Below are positions 44,819 to 53,250 of a stretch of DNA of 64,000 bases, piece after piece. The translations under genes and the position numbers were made by a program. Numbering within the stretch: position 1 is the first letter of the stretch; every line of letters begins with the position of its first letter. A model generated the notes under the pieces. It was not told the origin of the DNA. It saw only the letters and a list, made by a program, of their open reading frames with translations, and searched no databases. The DNA is taken from the IMG/VR virus record IMGVR_UViG_3300011417_000001; one strand, given 5' to 3'. The DNA comes from a virus.

Positions 44819-44831
44819 AAGTTTCAAACTT
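44819..44831. promoter_or_regulatory. Second copy of the 13-bp palindrome AAGTTT-C-AAACTT, preceded by the palindrome GAAAC-T-GTTTC
   Basis: Lies 10 nt upstream of the transposase ATG. It is the reverse complement of 44593-44605. Confidence 0.4.
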
Positions 44832-44840
44832 CTAACCACT

Positions 44841-45713
44841 ATGGAAAACACAAAATTTACTTACAAAGAATTTAAAAGAATCTATCCGACTGATACAGCA
44901 TGTTTGCATAAAATATTCATGCTTCGATATGGACATTTAACCCATTGTCCTAAATGCAAAGAACCCGCAGCATGGCGCAGAATTACAACAAGACGTTGTT
45001 ATCAATGCAGACATTGTTACGAGCAATTCTACCCAACAGCTGGAACAGTATTTCACAATGTACGCAGACCTTTAACCGAATACTTTTACATTATGTTTTT
45101 ATTTACAACCACTCGTCATGGTGTGGCAGCAAAAGAAATTGAAAGGCAATTAGGTTTGCATTATAAAACCGCTTTCAGAATGTGTCATGTAATCCGCAGG
45201 TTAATGGATAAAATAGGAACGGATAAATTAAAAGGATTTGTTGAGGCGGATGAAACCTATTTTACGCATGGTAAAAGGGATGGCGAAAGGGGTAAAACAC
45301 CCGATACACAAACACCCGTATTTGGAATGATAGAAAGAATGGGAAATGTAAAAGCGTTTGCATTGGATGAAGTAAAAAAGCGGGTAATCTTTCCGTTAAT
45401 TGAACAGCACATTGACAAGTTAGCAAAATTAAGCACGGATGAATTTGCGCTTTATACTAATGTTGAAAAGGAGTTAGGCATTAAGCATGGAGCAGTAAAA
45501 CACGCAATGGGACAATATAGAGCGGGCGACATAACCACAAATACTATTGAGGGGTTTTTCGGGCAATTAAAAAGAATGGTTTACGGTGCGCATATTCACA
45601 TCAGCAAAAAGTATTTACAGGTATATGTTTCTGAATGTGTATTCAGATACAACAATAGAAAAAATCAAAATGGAATGTTTGAGGCTATTCTAAAGAATCT
45701 CCCTTTAGCTTAA
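44841..45713 (+). mobile_element. IS1595-family (ISXO2-like) transposase gene; terminal inverted repeats not identified
   Basis: An N-terminal zinc ribbon (CPKCKE...CYQCRHC) is followed by a DDE-type domain (VEADETY, STDEFALY, NTIEGFFGQLKR). Confidence 0.8.
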
Positions 45714-45951
45714 GCATTTCACCAAGCAATTTATCAAAGTCCTCTTTGCCTTTCGGGTTGTAATCCTCGTCTTTCATCTTCTTAAAAAATTCCTCTCGAT
45801 ATACTTTTTTCTTTGAACCCCTCCCACCCTTCTTTTTATAAATAAGATTATCGGGTAAATTAGGTTTGCGTTTTGGTTTCGCTTTTTTCTTTCTCATTTC
45901 AATGCAAAGTACGTAACAACTATTTTTATAAACAAGTGTTTGTACGTCCAT
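45685..45951 (-). CDS. Hypothetical basic protein; start uncertain
   Basis: Lys/Arg-rich ORF convergent with the transposase and overlapping its 3' end. Confidence 0.3.
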   Translation of the reverse strand: MDVQTLVYKNSCYVLCIEMRKKKAKPKRKPNLPDNLIYKKKGGRGSKKKVYREEFFKKMKDEDYNPKGKEDFDKLLGEMLKLKGDSLE

Positions 45952-45996
45952 CTAAATAATTATATTTGTTCCTGTATTTAATTCAAAATTGTTTCA

Positions 45997-46575
45997 ATGA
46001 AAAAAGTATCTGATGATTGGATTGATAGCGAACTAATAAGGCTATCACAAAAAGACGCTGTAATAAAATGTGAACGGTTTATGTTCCGGCTAACAGCAGA
46101 AGCCATAATAGAAGATTCGTTTCGTGTCAGTAATGAGGCTGCGCCAAACCCACCCGGTTATTTTTATGTAAAAAAGAAAATAATTGATTTAGTAAATAAA
46201 GAAAAAATGGGAACAGATGGTGCAATAACTCACCTGCAATTATTGAACAATGATAAATTCAATAAAAAAATACAAGACGCAACCATTGAAGATGTTTATA
46301 ATATTGCTGCGCCAAATTACCCGTTAATGGATTATAAACAGTCTTTCGTTAACGCTGTATTTAATGCTCAAAGCTCATTGTATTGGACAATCAAATACAC
46401 ATTAAAAACAATAAAACTTACTTGTGTTTCATTAAGTGTAATTGATGGAACTGCCATACTATTTTACATTAATCAATTCAATGAAATAAACAGCATGAAA
46501 GTAATTAAGAAGCAAATAACCGATGTGGAACTATTTGTACCTACTAAGAAGATAGGTAATAAGGTCATCAGTTAA
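45997..46575 (+). CDS. Hypothetical protein
   Basis: 192-aa ORF in the AT-rich island. Confidence 0.45.
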   Translation: MKKVSDDWIDSELIRLSQKDAVIKCERFMFRLTAEAIIEDSFRVSNEAAPNPPGYFYVKKKIIDLVNKEKMGTDGAITHLQLLNNDKFNKKIQDATIEDVYNIAAPNYPLMDYKQSFVNAVFNAQSSLYWTIKYTLKTIKLTCVSLSVIDGTAILFYINQFNEINSMKVIKKQITDVELFVPTKKIGNKVIS

Positions 46576-46740
46576 ATGTTTGTTTTGCTCAAACCAATTA
46601 TAAAAAAACAAATCCGGCTTATCCGTTGGAGTTAAAGAATTAAATAATAAAATGCTTGAACATTTCTCTTTAGAATTTAGCAACGTAAGCAAGCCCTTTT
46701 TGATTCTCTTTTTTTCTTTTGTATTCATATTTAAACCCAT
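46531..46740 (-). CDS. Hypothetical protein
   Basis: 69-aa ORF. A minus-strand -7 box TATCTTTG (plus strand 46829-46836) lies about 90 nt upstream. Confidence 0.35.
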   Translation of the reverse strand: MGLNMNTKEKKRIKKGLLTLLNSKEKCSSILLFNSLTPTDKPDLFFYNWFEQNKHLTDDLITYLLSRYK

Positions 46741-46934
46741 TTATAATTTTCATTTCAAATCTTTTTTTGCGGGTTTAAATTCTGTTAAGTTTTATCTTTC
46801 AAGTGTTCGTACGTGACAATCACCTTCACAAAGATATAATTTAGAGGGACAAACCCGAATATTCAAACTAAGCAAACAAGCTACAAAAATAGTAAAAAAT
46901 AAATTTAACAATCTAACTATAAATAAATAATAAT

Positions 46935-47306
46935 ATGAAAACAAAAATAAATTTAAGTATTGACCGGGCGCAGGAGCTTGCCAATATGCTACACACTAAC
47001 ATTTTTGAGGGCGTTAATGCAGCCGATGAAATTGTGTTTCGCTGTAATTGCATGACAATAAAACAGGCATCTGAAAAGGTTAAATTCGCTTTTGGGGATG
47101 GTGCGTATTTTATTAAAGTGGTGCAAGTGCCGGTTAAAAAAGTTAGTCAGGATGACCGCAACCACGAAGCGCAGCAATTAATTTATGAAGTATTAGAACA
47201 TATTTCAGCCGGGCGAATGAATATAGACCTGATGAAACAGAAACTAATTCAGGCAGCCAAAAATTTACCCTGCAAACTTCATTCAGGTTTATCTAAATAT
47301 AATTAA
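46935..47306 (+). CDS. Hypothetical protein
   Basis: 123-aa ORF. Confidence 0.45.
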   Translation: MKTKINLSIDRAQELANMLHTNIFEGVNAADEIVFRCNCMTIKQASEKVKFAFGDGAYFIKVVQVPVKKVSQDDRNHEAQQLIYEVLEHISAGRMNIDLMKQKLIQAAKNLPCKLHSGLSKYN

Positions 47307-47377
47307 TCCAATAACTCAAAGAACACAATTCAAAAATACAAATTAATAATTAAATAACAAAGCTATGACACAAAAAA

Positions 47378-47620
47378 ATGAAAACAGAAAAAATTGAAAA
47401 AAATTACATTTTGGCTTATAAGTGCCGTAAAATGTCAAGGGTTCCTAAGTCGTTTCCTTATGCCGGGGCGGTTCAGGTACTCGATGCGTGGACAACTAAT
47501 AGCTCATACGAAAAAATGACGGGCTTTATCAAAGACGCTTTAGAACTTGGAGCCACTCATATATTCTGGATTCCTGCCGGAGCTACACAGGGAACACTTG
47601 TACCAATTTCAAAATCTTAA
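47378..47620 (+). CDS. Hypothetical protein
   Basis: 80-aa ORF. Confidence 0.4.
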   Translation: MKTEKIEKNYILAYKCRKMSRVPKSFPYAGAVQVLDAWTTNSSYEKMTGFIKDALELGATHIFWIPAGATQGTLVPISKS

Positions 47621-47792
47621 TTCACTCAACGAATGAAAAGACTAAGACTTTTAAAATTATACAACATGGAGGACTGGCAAACCGGCAGATGTTCTTTTAA
47701 GCAATACTCCCGGTCTTTTACAATCCGATACTATCTTAGAAAACTGAAAAGATTAAGAATTAAAATAATATGGTAAACATAAAATTAAAAAT

Positions 47793-48092
47793 ATGGAAAA
47801 ACTAAAATTAAATGATAGTGGGTTTGAATCCGAAAAGTATCGAAGTTTCCTTGTTACTGACGATGATAATTTAACGTTGCGGGCGCAAGTTTATGGCAAC
47901 ACTTTAGAAGAATCAAAAGCTAATGCCGAACGCCTTGTTAAGTGCTGGAATATGCACGATGATTTAGTAAGGGCAACTAAACTGCTTTTGGGGGCGTTAA
48001 TGCTATTAACTGATAACGGGGATGACCTTACAGCGGAAGGGCTTATAAATGTTGAGGAAATAAAAAAAATATTAAAACAAGATAACGAATAA
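47793..48092 (+). CDS. Hypothetical protein
   Basis: 99-aa ORF. AERLVKCWNMHDDLVRA resembles a widespread small phage protein motif. Confidence 0.4.
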   Translation: MEKLKLNDSGFESEKYRSFLVTDDDNLTLRAQVYGNTLEESKANAERLVKCWNMHDDLVRATKLLLGALMLLTDNGDDLTAEGLINVEEIKKILKQDNE

Positions 48093-48106
48093 CTAAAATT
48101 AAAACT

Positions 48107-48436
48107 ATGAAAAAAACATTTTGGATTTCTTTTGCAACTGATGAAACAGGAAATTTAGGCTGCTGTATTGTGGATGCGAAAAATGAAACGGATGCTATTA
48201 AAAAAACGTGGAAGCTGAAAATTAATCCGGGCGGTCAGGCGATGCTTACCGAATACGCATTGAATGAAAGCGCTAAAATTGAAATAGCTAAGTGGGGGAA
48301 AAATAAACTTATCAGCCCCGAAGATTTAATGAATGACGGGTACAAAAAGCTGAAAGATTTGGATTTAGATTTGCAGGATAAAATTACAAACCTTACCCGC
48401 GTTTCAGGGGTGTGTGAAAAACATAACAAAAAATGA
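48107..48436 (+). CDS. Hypothetical protein
   Basis: 109-aa ORF. Confidence 0.4.
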   Translation: MKKTFWISFATDETGNLGCCIVDAKNETDAIKKTWKLKINPGGQAMLTEYALNESAKIEIAKWGKNKLISPEDLMNDGYKKLKDLDLDLQDKITNLTRVSGVCEKHNKK

Positions 48437-48742
48437 AAAACTTCTCTGAATCTTTACTTTGCTTGGCTCTGTTCCGGGCTGATAATTGGTACGAAAAATA
48501 TTGTTGCATTGCATTTTGGGGAACGGTTATTTCGTTGTTTACATTTATAATATTTGAATTATGAAATCAATTTTTTATTCGTGTGTGCATCCAAAAATCC
48601 GGGAGCAACTACTTTGGTTAGATGTTTCGCCATACCATTGCGGGGGCGCGGCTATGCCTGCCTCTTGGTGGCTCGCTTACTTTGGAAAAGAGGTGGAAAC
48701 ATTTACGTGTTCGGTTTGGCTGGATGCGGATGTTTCAAGTAA

Positions 48743-49171
48743 CTAAACTTCTTTTATTATTATGCCGTCAATAGCTTCCATTAATTTCTTTTTTATTCTG
48801 TAAACAGGGAGCGTTCGGGTAAATTTACTCTTTACGTCCTCAACTACATATTCGTCCGGTTCAGGAATATCATTTGCGCCCATGCTTAAAGTTGTATAAA
48901 CAAAATCGGCAATGTATTTACAAATTACAAAACCATTTACTGATAAAATAAATTCCTTTTGGCATTGCAGGTTTGTTATTAGTCCGGCTTTTTCCATCAT
49001 GGTTAATTCTAAATACCTGGCTGCCTCTTTTTTGCTGTCAAACTTTCGCCCGTGTGCCTCAACTACCTTGTTCCGGTACTTGTTCGGCTTTTCTGTTACC
49101 ACTGTCCGGCTGTGGCTTAGTTCTTTTTCCTGATGCGCCCGAAGTTCGGCTGATGTCCATTTAACGCCCAT
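48743..49171 (-). CDS. DUF1064-family protein (putative nuclease/resolvase)
   Basis: NKYRNKVVEAHGRKFDSKKEAARYLELTMMEKAGLITNLQCQKEFIL matches the DUF1064 core pattern. Confidence 0.6.
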   Translation of the reverse strand: MGVKWTSAELRAHQEKELSHSRTVVTEKPNKYRNKVVEAHGRKFDSKKEAARYLELTMMEKAGLITNLQCQKEFILSVNGFVICKYIADFVYTTLSMGANDIPEPDEYVVEDVKSKFTRTLPVYRIKKKLMEAIDGIIIKEV

Positions 49172-49172
49172 G

Positions 49173-49355
49173 TTACCTCTCGATTTCTTTTACTTTTAGT
49201 TTATTTTCCCACAAATCTAAATATTCAACCATTAACACGCCTTTGTCGGTTATCGCTATTTGTTCAATTTTAGAATAACAGTAATTGTGTTCCGCAAATA
49301 GCTGATTAAGTTCTTTAATTTGGTGGTCGGTTAAAACTTGGAATGTGCCTGTCAT
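49173..49355 (-). CDS. Hypothetical protein
   Basis: 60-aa ORF, coupled to its neighbours. Confidence 0.35.
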   Translation of the reverse strand: MTGTFQVLTDHQIKELNQLFAEHNYCYSKIEQIAITDKGVLMVEYLDLWENKLKVKEIER

Positions 49356-49819
49356 TTTAACCAGCCCTTCTCTCTTGCCCTTATTGGTTTATCGTGGATG
49401 TAGTTGTGTCCCGCGCGGCTGACCGCCATCCATGTGCTGACATCTAAAAAATGTGCTGACCGTTTACTGCCCGCAAAAGTATGGTGTACTTCTACGCTGG
49501 GGTTGCCAAAAATGGCGCACTTCGGATTCTCTTTCAGGAATTTTGCCCGCAGCTTTAGGTATTCCCGGTTCTGTATTTCACGCTTTTTTGACATTTTTCG
49601 GATTGGCTTGGCTTTATTAGGTCGCTTATAGGCTCGTTTCGCGGGTTGGGTGGTATCGGAATACCTTTTAACCTCTTTTAGTAAGTCCTGTGCCTTCTTT
49701 GCAAGCCTTTTGGGGTACTTCCCCGCTTTTAGGTCAGCCTCTAAATTGGCTTTTTGCCTATCCCACCACTTCTTTATGCCTTTTTCCCGGCTCTTTCTCA
49801 TGCTTTCGGTTAGGTTCAT
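49352..49819 (-). CDS. HNH-like (beta-beta-alpha-Me) phage protein
   Basis: KCAIFGNPSVEVHHTFAGSKR...WMAVSRAGHNYIHD resembles a phage HNH family with partly degenerate Cys ligands. The N-terminus is basic. Confidence 0.4.
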   Translation of the reverse strand: MNLTESMRKSREKGIKKWWDRQKANLEADLKAGKYPKRLAKKAQDLLKEVKRYSDTTQPAKRAYKRPNKAKPIRKMSKKREIQNREYLKLRAKFLKENPKCAIFGNPSVEVHHTFAGSKRSAHFLDVSTWMAVSRAGHNYIHDKPIRAREKGWLK

Positions 49820-49820
49820 G

Positions 49821-50114
49821 TTATGCGGTTTTGGCGGGGTGTAAATGTTTGATTTTGAAATTATTAACAATTTCTGTCAGCCCCGTGTGCGATTTGCCCG
49901 TTCGGGTGTAGTCTTGATATTCAAACTCTAATTCTATCTTTTCTCTCACTTTGCAGATTTTGCAAAAAATTGTTTTGTGTGATAGGTCGGTTTCAATGGT
50001 GCTGCTGTCCGGCAATGGCTTTTTCTTGCCGTTCATCCTTGTGCGGGGGTTGTTCTGTATTACATCCTCTTTGTGGAATACGCTTTTCTGAAAGGGGTGC
50101 TTGCTTCGTGCCAT
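49821..50114 (-). CDS. Hypothetical protein
   Basis: 97-aa ORF. Confidence 0.35.
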   Translation of the reverse strand: MARSKHPFQKSVFHKEDVIQNNPRTRMNGKKKPLPDSSTIETDLSHKTIFCKICKVREKIELEFEYQDYTRTGKSHTGLTEIVNNFKIKHLHPAKTA

Positions 50115-50261
50115 TATTTTTTCTTTTTTCTCTTTATCCGGTTTTTCCTGTATGATATGCCAATTCTTTCATACATAGCCCTTTTTTGTTGCTCCTGATA
50201 CTCAACCATTTTGACAAGTTCGGGGTTTAGTCCTGCGGGTAGTGGGAATAGTTCTCTCATT

Positions 50262-50471
50262 TCATTGCTCCATTACTTGTTTAATTGTGGCGGTGAAAGT
50301 GAAATTTGATACGTCCCATTTCTCTAAATTGGGGTCTTTGTTGAGGGAACGTAGGGCGGTGCGCTGATAAAACCTGTCCTGATAATCCTCTGCGCTGCGG
50401 GCAATCGTTTCTGTTGTCAGCACTTCTTTGGTTTTTTTGTGGGTTATACGCACCGAAAATAATGCAATCAT
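50262..50471 (-). CDS. Hypothetical protein
   Basis: 69-aa ORF. Confidence 0.35.
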   Translation of the reverse strand: MIALFSVRITHKKTKEVLTTETIARSAEDYQDRFYQRTALRSLNKDPNLEKWDVSNFTFTATIKQVMEQ

Positions 50472-50475
50472 CTAT

Positions 50476-51216
50476 TCAGGCTGTTAGTAAGTTCAATAGT
50501 TCATTTTTTATTTTTTCCTCCCCTGAATCTACTCCATATTTTATTTTTTCTAATTGCGCAATCCACGATAATTTATATTCTTTTTTCAATGTAGGAATGG
50601 ATTTTATAAACACATTGTAATCTGCTTTACTTAATACGGGGTCGAAATTTTCAGCAGCTTTTATTTGTTCGGGAAATATCGAGGGGGTGCGCCATCCTTT
50701 TACTATTTCACCGTATGTTTTATGTAAAATGCCTTTTACGATTTCTTTTACCTGTTCCGGTTCTGCTCGTTTTTCGTCTGAGGGTATAGCTATATGGTTA
50801 GACTTGTGAATGGATTCTCGGTATGCGCTTTTTTCCTGTTCAAATAATGATACCGCTTTAAATAATATTGCGGGGGTGATGGTAAAGCTGCTGCCATAAA
50901 CTTTGAGTTCTTCAAGGTGTGAATTTAATAAAAAGAATTTGAAAAACAAAATTATATCATCCCTTTTCCAGTCCTGTTTATTTTCAAGTATGTTTTGAGA
51001 AAATATAACGGGAGTGTTCACCAAATCGGATTGCGGGTAGTTGGCTTTAATAAAGTTCAGCGTTTGCAGGGCTATCCACTTTTGCAGGGGCTTTTCAAAT
51101 CCGCGTCTTTTTAAAGACAGGAAGTTGATGCCTTTCTTTTGCAGGGATTCGGAAACGCTGCTAACCGATTTTCTCGGCAATCTGCTGCTCGATACTTTTT
51201 GAATCTCCGTTCCCAT
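50476..51216 (-). CDS. Hypothetical protein (replication-module position)
   Basis: 246-aa ORF. Confidence 0.45.
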   Translation of the reverse strand: MGTEIQKVSSSRLPRKSVSSVSESLQKKGINFLSLKRRGFEKPLQKWIALQTLNFIKANYPQSDLVNTPVIFSQNILENKQDWKRDDIILFFKFFLLNSHLEELKVYGSSFTITPAILFKAVSLFEQEKSAYRESIHKSNHIAIPSDEKRAEPEQVKEIVKGILHKTYGEIVKGWRTPSIFPEQIKAAENFDPVLSKADYNVFIKSIPTLKKEYKLSWIAQLEKIKYGVDSGEEKIKNELLNLLTA

Positions 51217-51556
51217 TTTTGTTAAACTGTTTTGAGTTTTTATTCCATGTTGCTAACCTTCGGCTGATGTCGAATACTTTTTGCATTTCAAATTTCATCT
51301 TTTTACCGTTAGGGCTATGTTCTGACCAATAATTTACGAACTCAATTAGCATTTCGTCTGAATACTCATGCCTGAATAACGATACATCGGATATGAATTT
51401 GGCTTTGCGGTTTTCAATATTGTCTTTTCGGGTTTCGATAAACGAATGAGCATAGGCTATAATCCTCTGTTCTAATAAGTTCCGGTATTCGTTAGTAACA
51501 TTCTCAAAGGTCTGTTGCACGTCATCGGCAATTTCTTTTGCGGTCAGCTTATCCAT
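51161..51556 (-). CDS. Hypothetical protein
   Basis: 131-aa ORF. Confidence 0.4.
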   Translation of the reverse strand: MDKLTAKEIADDVQQTFENVTNEYRNLLEQRIIAYAHSFIETRKDNIENRKAKFISDVSLFRHEYSDEMLIEFVNYWSEHSPNGKKMKFEMQKVFDISRRLATWNKNSKQFNKNGNGDSKSIEQQIAEKIG

Positions 51557-51583
51557 TTGGAGGTTATGGTTAGGAGATTCATT

Positions 51584-51895
51584 TTATTCTTGCATCCATT
51601 CTTCAAATGTAAATTTATAATGGATTGTAAAGTTAAGTTTTGCGGGCAACACTATGTTGTGGTCTTCCTTTTGATAGCGGGCAAACATAGTATATAGGGC
51701 TTGCGCTTTTTTAATTAGTTCGTCCTCATTCCACGAATCAACCTGAATAACAATTCCGCTCAATTCTTTAATGTAGGCACATAGGTAAAAAACATATTCA
51801 TCTTTTTTCTCAATAAACTCCTCGTCTTTTATTACATTCAGAATTACGTCCGTTGTACCCGCATTGGCAAATTTTTTAACGTCCTCTTGTGTCAT
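51584..51895 (-). CDS. Hypothetical protein
   Basis: 103-aa ORF. Confidence 0.4.
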   Translation of the reverse strand: MTQEDVKKFANAGTTDVILNVIKDEEFIEKKDEYVFYLCAYIKELSGIVIQVDSWNEDELIKKAQALYTMFARYQKEDHNIVLPAKLNFTIHYKFTFEEWMQE

Positions 51896-51935
51896 TTATT
51901 GTATTTCTCATAATGGGCAGTTGCTTGACGTTAGT

Positions 51936-52187
51936 TTATTCTTCATCTGCTTCGCTTTCCAATTCGTTCCATTGTTCACCACAAATCTCCTCTACGTCCG
52001 TCCACTGTTGTAGATTCTGAATAAACAATCCTCCTATTTCTTCACGATTTTTCCAAAGATAGTCGTCAAGGCTTGTCCCGTTTTCTTTTGCTTCGGCAGC
52101 ATCCTCTTTATTTTGCTCTAAAAAATCGCCAATAATTTCTTTTACGTGGGTGTCGAAATCTTCATCGGTGGTGTGAATAGTTCTCAT
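51936..52187 (-). CDS. Hypothetical acidic protein
   Basis: 83-aa ORF rich in Asp and Glu. Confidence 0.4.
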   Translation of the reverse strand: MRTIHTTDEDFDTHVKEIIGDFLEQNKEDAAEAKENGTSLDDYLWKNREEIGGLFIQNLQQWTDVEEICGEQWNELESEADEE

Positions 52188-52191
52188 AGTT

Positions 52192-52353
52192 TTATTTTTT
52201 TACAAGTTTAAGTAAGTGAATTTCAAGATAGTTGTTGAGAGAGGGGCAAGTAGATTTTTCAGCAAGCTCCTGCAATTTCTTTTTTAAGAATTTGTTTTTT
52301 GCCTGCGGGCGCACTACTATTAGCCCTGTATTATCTCTTTTGGTTTTGTTCAT
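52192..52353 (-). CDS. Ribbon-helix-helix (Arc/CopG-like) regulator, putative
   Basis: Starting at the internal Met gives MNKTKRDNTGLIVVRPQAKNKFLKKKLQELAEKSTCPSLNNYLEIHLLKLVKK, a strand-helix-helix pattern. The longer ORF would run into its own promoter. Confidence 0.45.
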   Translation of the reverse strand: MNKTKRDNTGLIVVRPQAKNKFLKKKLQELAEKSTCPSLNNYLEIHLLKLVKK

Positions 52354-52371
52354 TGTATAATAATTATTGTG

Positions 52372-52379
52372 CAAATGTA
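52372..52379 (-). promoter_or_regulatory. -7 box TACATTTG (minus strand) for the RHH operon
   Basis: The plus strand reads CAAATGTA, 19 nt upstream of the 52353 ATG. Confidence 0.45.
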
Positions 52380-52455
52380 TAACCATTTTTTGATTTGCCA
52401 AATTATTTCTTAAAATAGTTATTAACACCCCCTGTTAAAAATATTTTCTTACAAA

Positions 52456-52486
52456 TTTGTTTATTTCATTTATTTGCTTAATTTTG
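52456..52486 (+). promoter_or_regulatory. Strong Bacteroidota-type promoter (TTTG, 19 nt, TAATTTTG) pointing into an ORF-free region
   Basis: TTTG is at 52456-52459 and the -7 box at 52479-52486. It is divergent from the RHH promoter. Confidence 0.5.
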
Positions 52487-52491
52487 CACCA

Positions 52492-53032
52492 CCTAAAATA
52501 ACCAAACCCAAAAGTTCAATGCTGTCCATTGAATACACAAAGATAGTACTCCCGTCCGCTTCTTCGCAGACAAACGAGCCCGTCAATTATTGGACAGCAA
52601 TAAATTGGCGGGTTTTCGCTTTTTTAGCGGTGTAATTAAATCTGTTTCGCACACGGGCAACCGCCATCTTGGATGCCTAAATGAAAGTTAAGGTTGACCT
52701 ATCATAGTCAGACATGAAGCGATAATGCACTAATAAATGGCTTGTGCTAAACCCATTCAAAGTTCTGATGACAGCAAACCGGAAAATGTCCTGCTCTGTT
52801 CCAACATAACAACAGGCGACTGATACCTAAAGAGGGTTTGAATCCGGTGATGCTCACGTAAAAAACAGTAATCAGGGGCGTGGAATGATAATATACCAGT
52901 GCTGTTAAAGATGATTAACAATAACAGCAAGCTTCTATTCAGGGCATTAAACCCCTCTATCAGGAGAAGATGTTGATATTACACAGCAAACAAAAAAACA
53001 TCAAAAAAAGTACCCCCTATTCCTGTAATAGC
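52492..53032 (+). ncRNA. Candidate large structured non-coding RNA; alternatively a replication origin or switch region
   Basis: No ORF of 60 aa or more exists in any frame over about 600 nt. A consensus promoter lies upstream. Many helices are visible, for example 52514-52520/52526-52532, 52520-52528/52591-52599, 52606-52611/52661-52666, 52900-52906/52922-52928 and 52831-52839/52950-52959. ACAGCAA occurs four times. Confidence 0.3.
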
Positions 53033-53194
53033 TTAGATGGTGTTGTTTTTTAAAATCTTTTCAATGTGGCTTAGGCAGGATTCCGCTGGCTTGCCCATAG
53101 CCTCATAACAACTAATTATACCAAGTATAGCCCGCCACATTTCAGTCCCTTCTATGCCATTAGCCATTGTTTTTTTAAGTGTTTCGTAGTCCAT
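53033..53194 (-). CDS. Hypothetical small protein
   Basis: 53-aa ORF found by hand (MDYETLKKTMANGIEGTEMWRAILGIISCYEAMGKPAESCLSHIEKILKNNTI). It is the last ORF of the minus-strand operon. Confidence 0.35.
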   Translation of the reverse strand: MDYETLKKTMANGIEGTEMWRAILGIISCYEAMGKPAESCLSHIEKILKNNTI

Positions 53195-53250
53195 CTTTAA
53201 ATTATTTTAATGTTCCGTTTTTTAATTTCTGCTTTTTCCTGTAATTGTAG

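Noticed and set aside
44795-45760. A search for IS1595 terminal inverted repeats and target-site duplications around the transposase gene.
   Set aside because: No convincing complementary ends were found by eye on either side. The only inverted elements are the 13-bp palindromes, which flank the HTH gene rather than the transposase. The element boundaries are therefore left undefined.
48554-48746. Two overlapping plus-strand ORFs of about 61 aa in a locally GC-rich patch between the convergent operons.
   Set aside because: They are mutually exclusive frames with odd composition (Cys/Trp/Gly-rich) and no promoter or coupling. No tRNA or terminator structure was convincingly seen either. The patch remains unexplained.
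52765-52785. CUGAUGA followed by GAAA inside the ORF-free region, which resembles a hammerhead ribozyme core.
   Set aside because: The bases between the two boxes (CAGCAAACCG) cannot form stem II, and no matching stems I or III were found.
52835-52845. GGTTTGAATCC, which resembles a tRNA T-arm/T-loop (GGTTCGAATCC).
   Set aside because: The flanking bases cannot form the T-stem, acceptor stem or any cloverleaf. No tRNA gene is supported.
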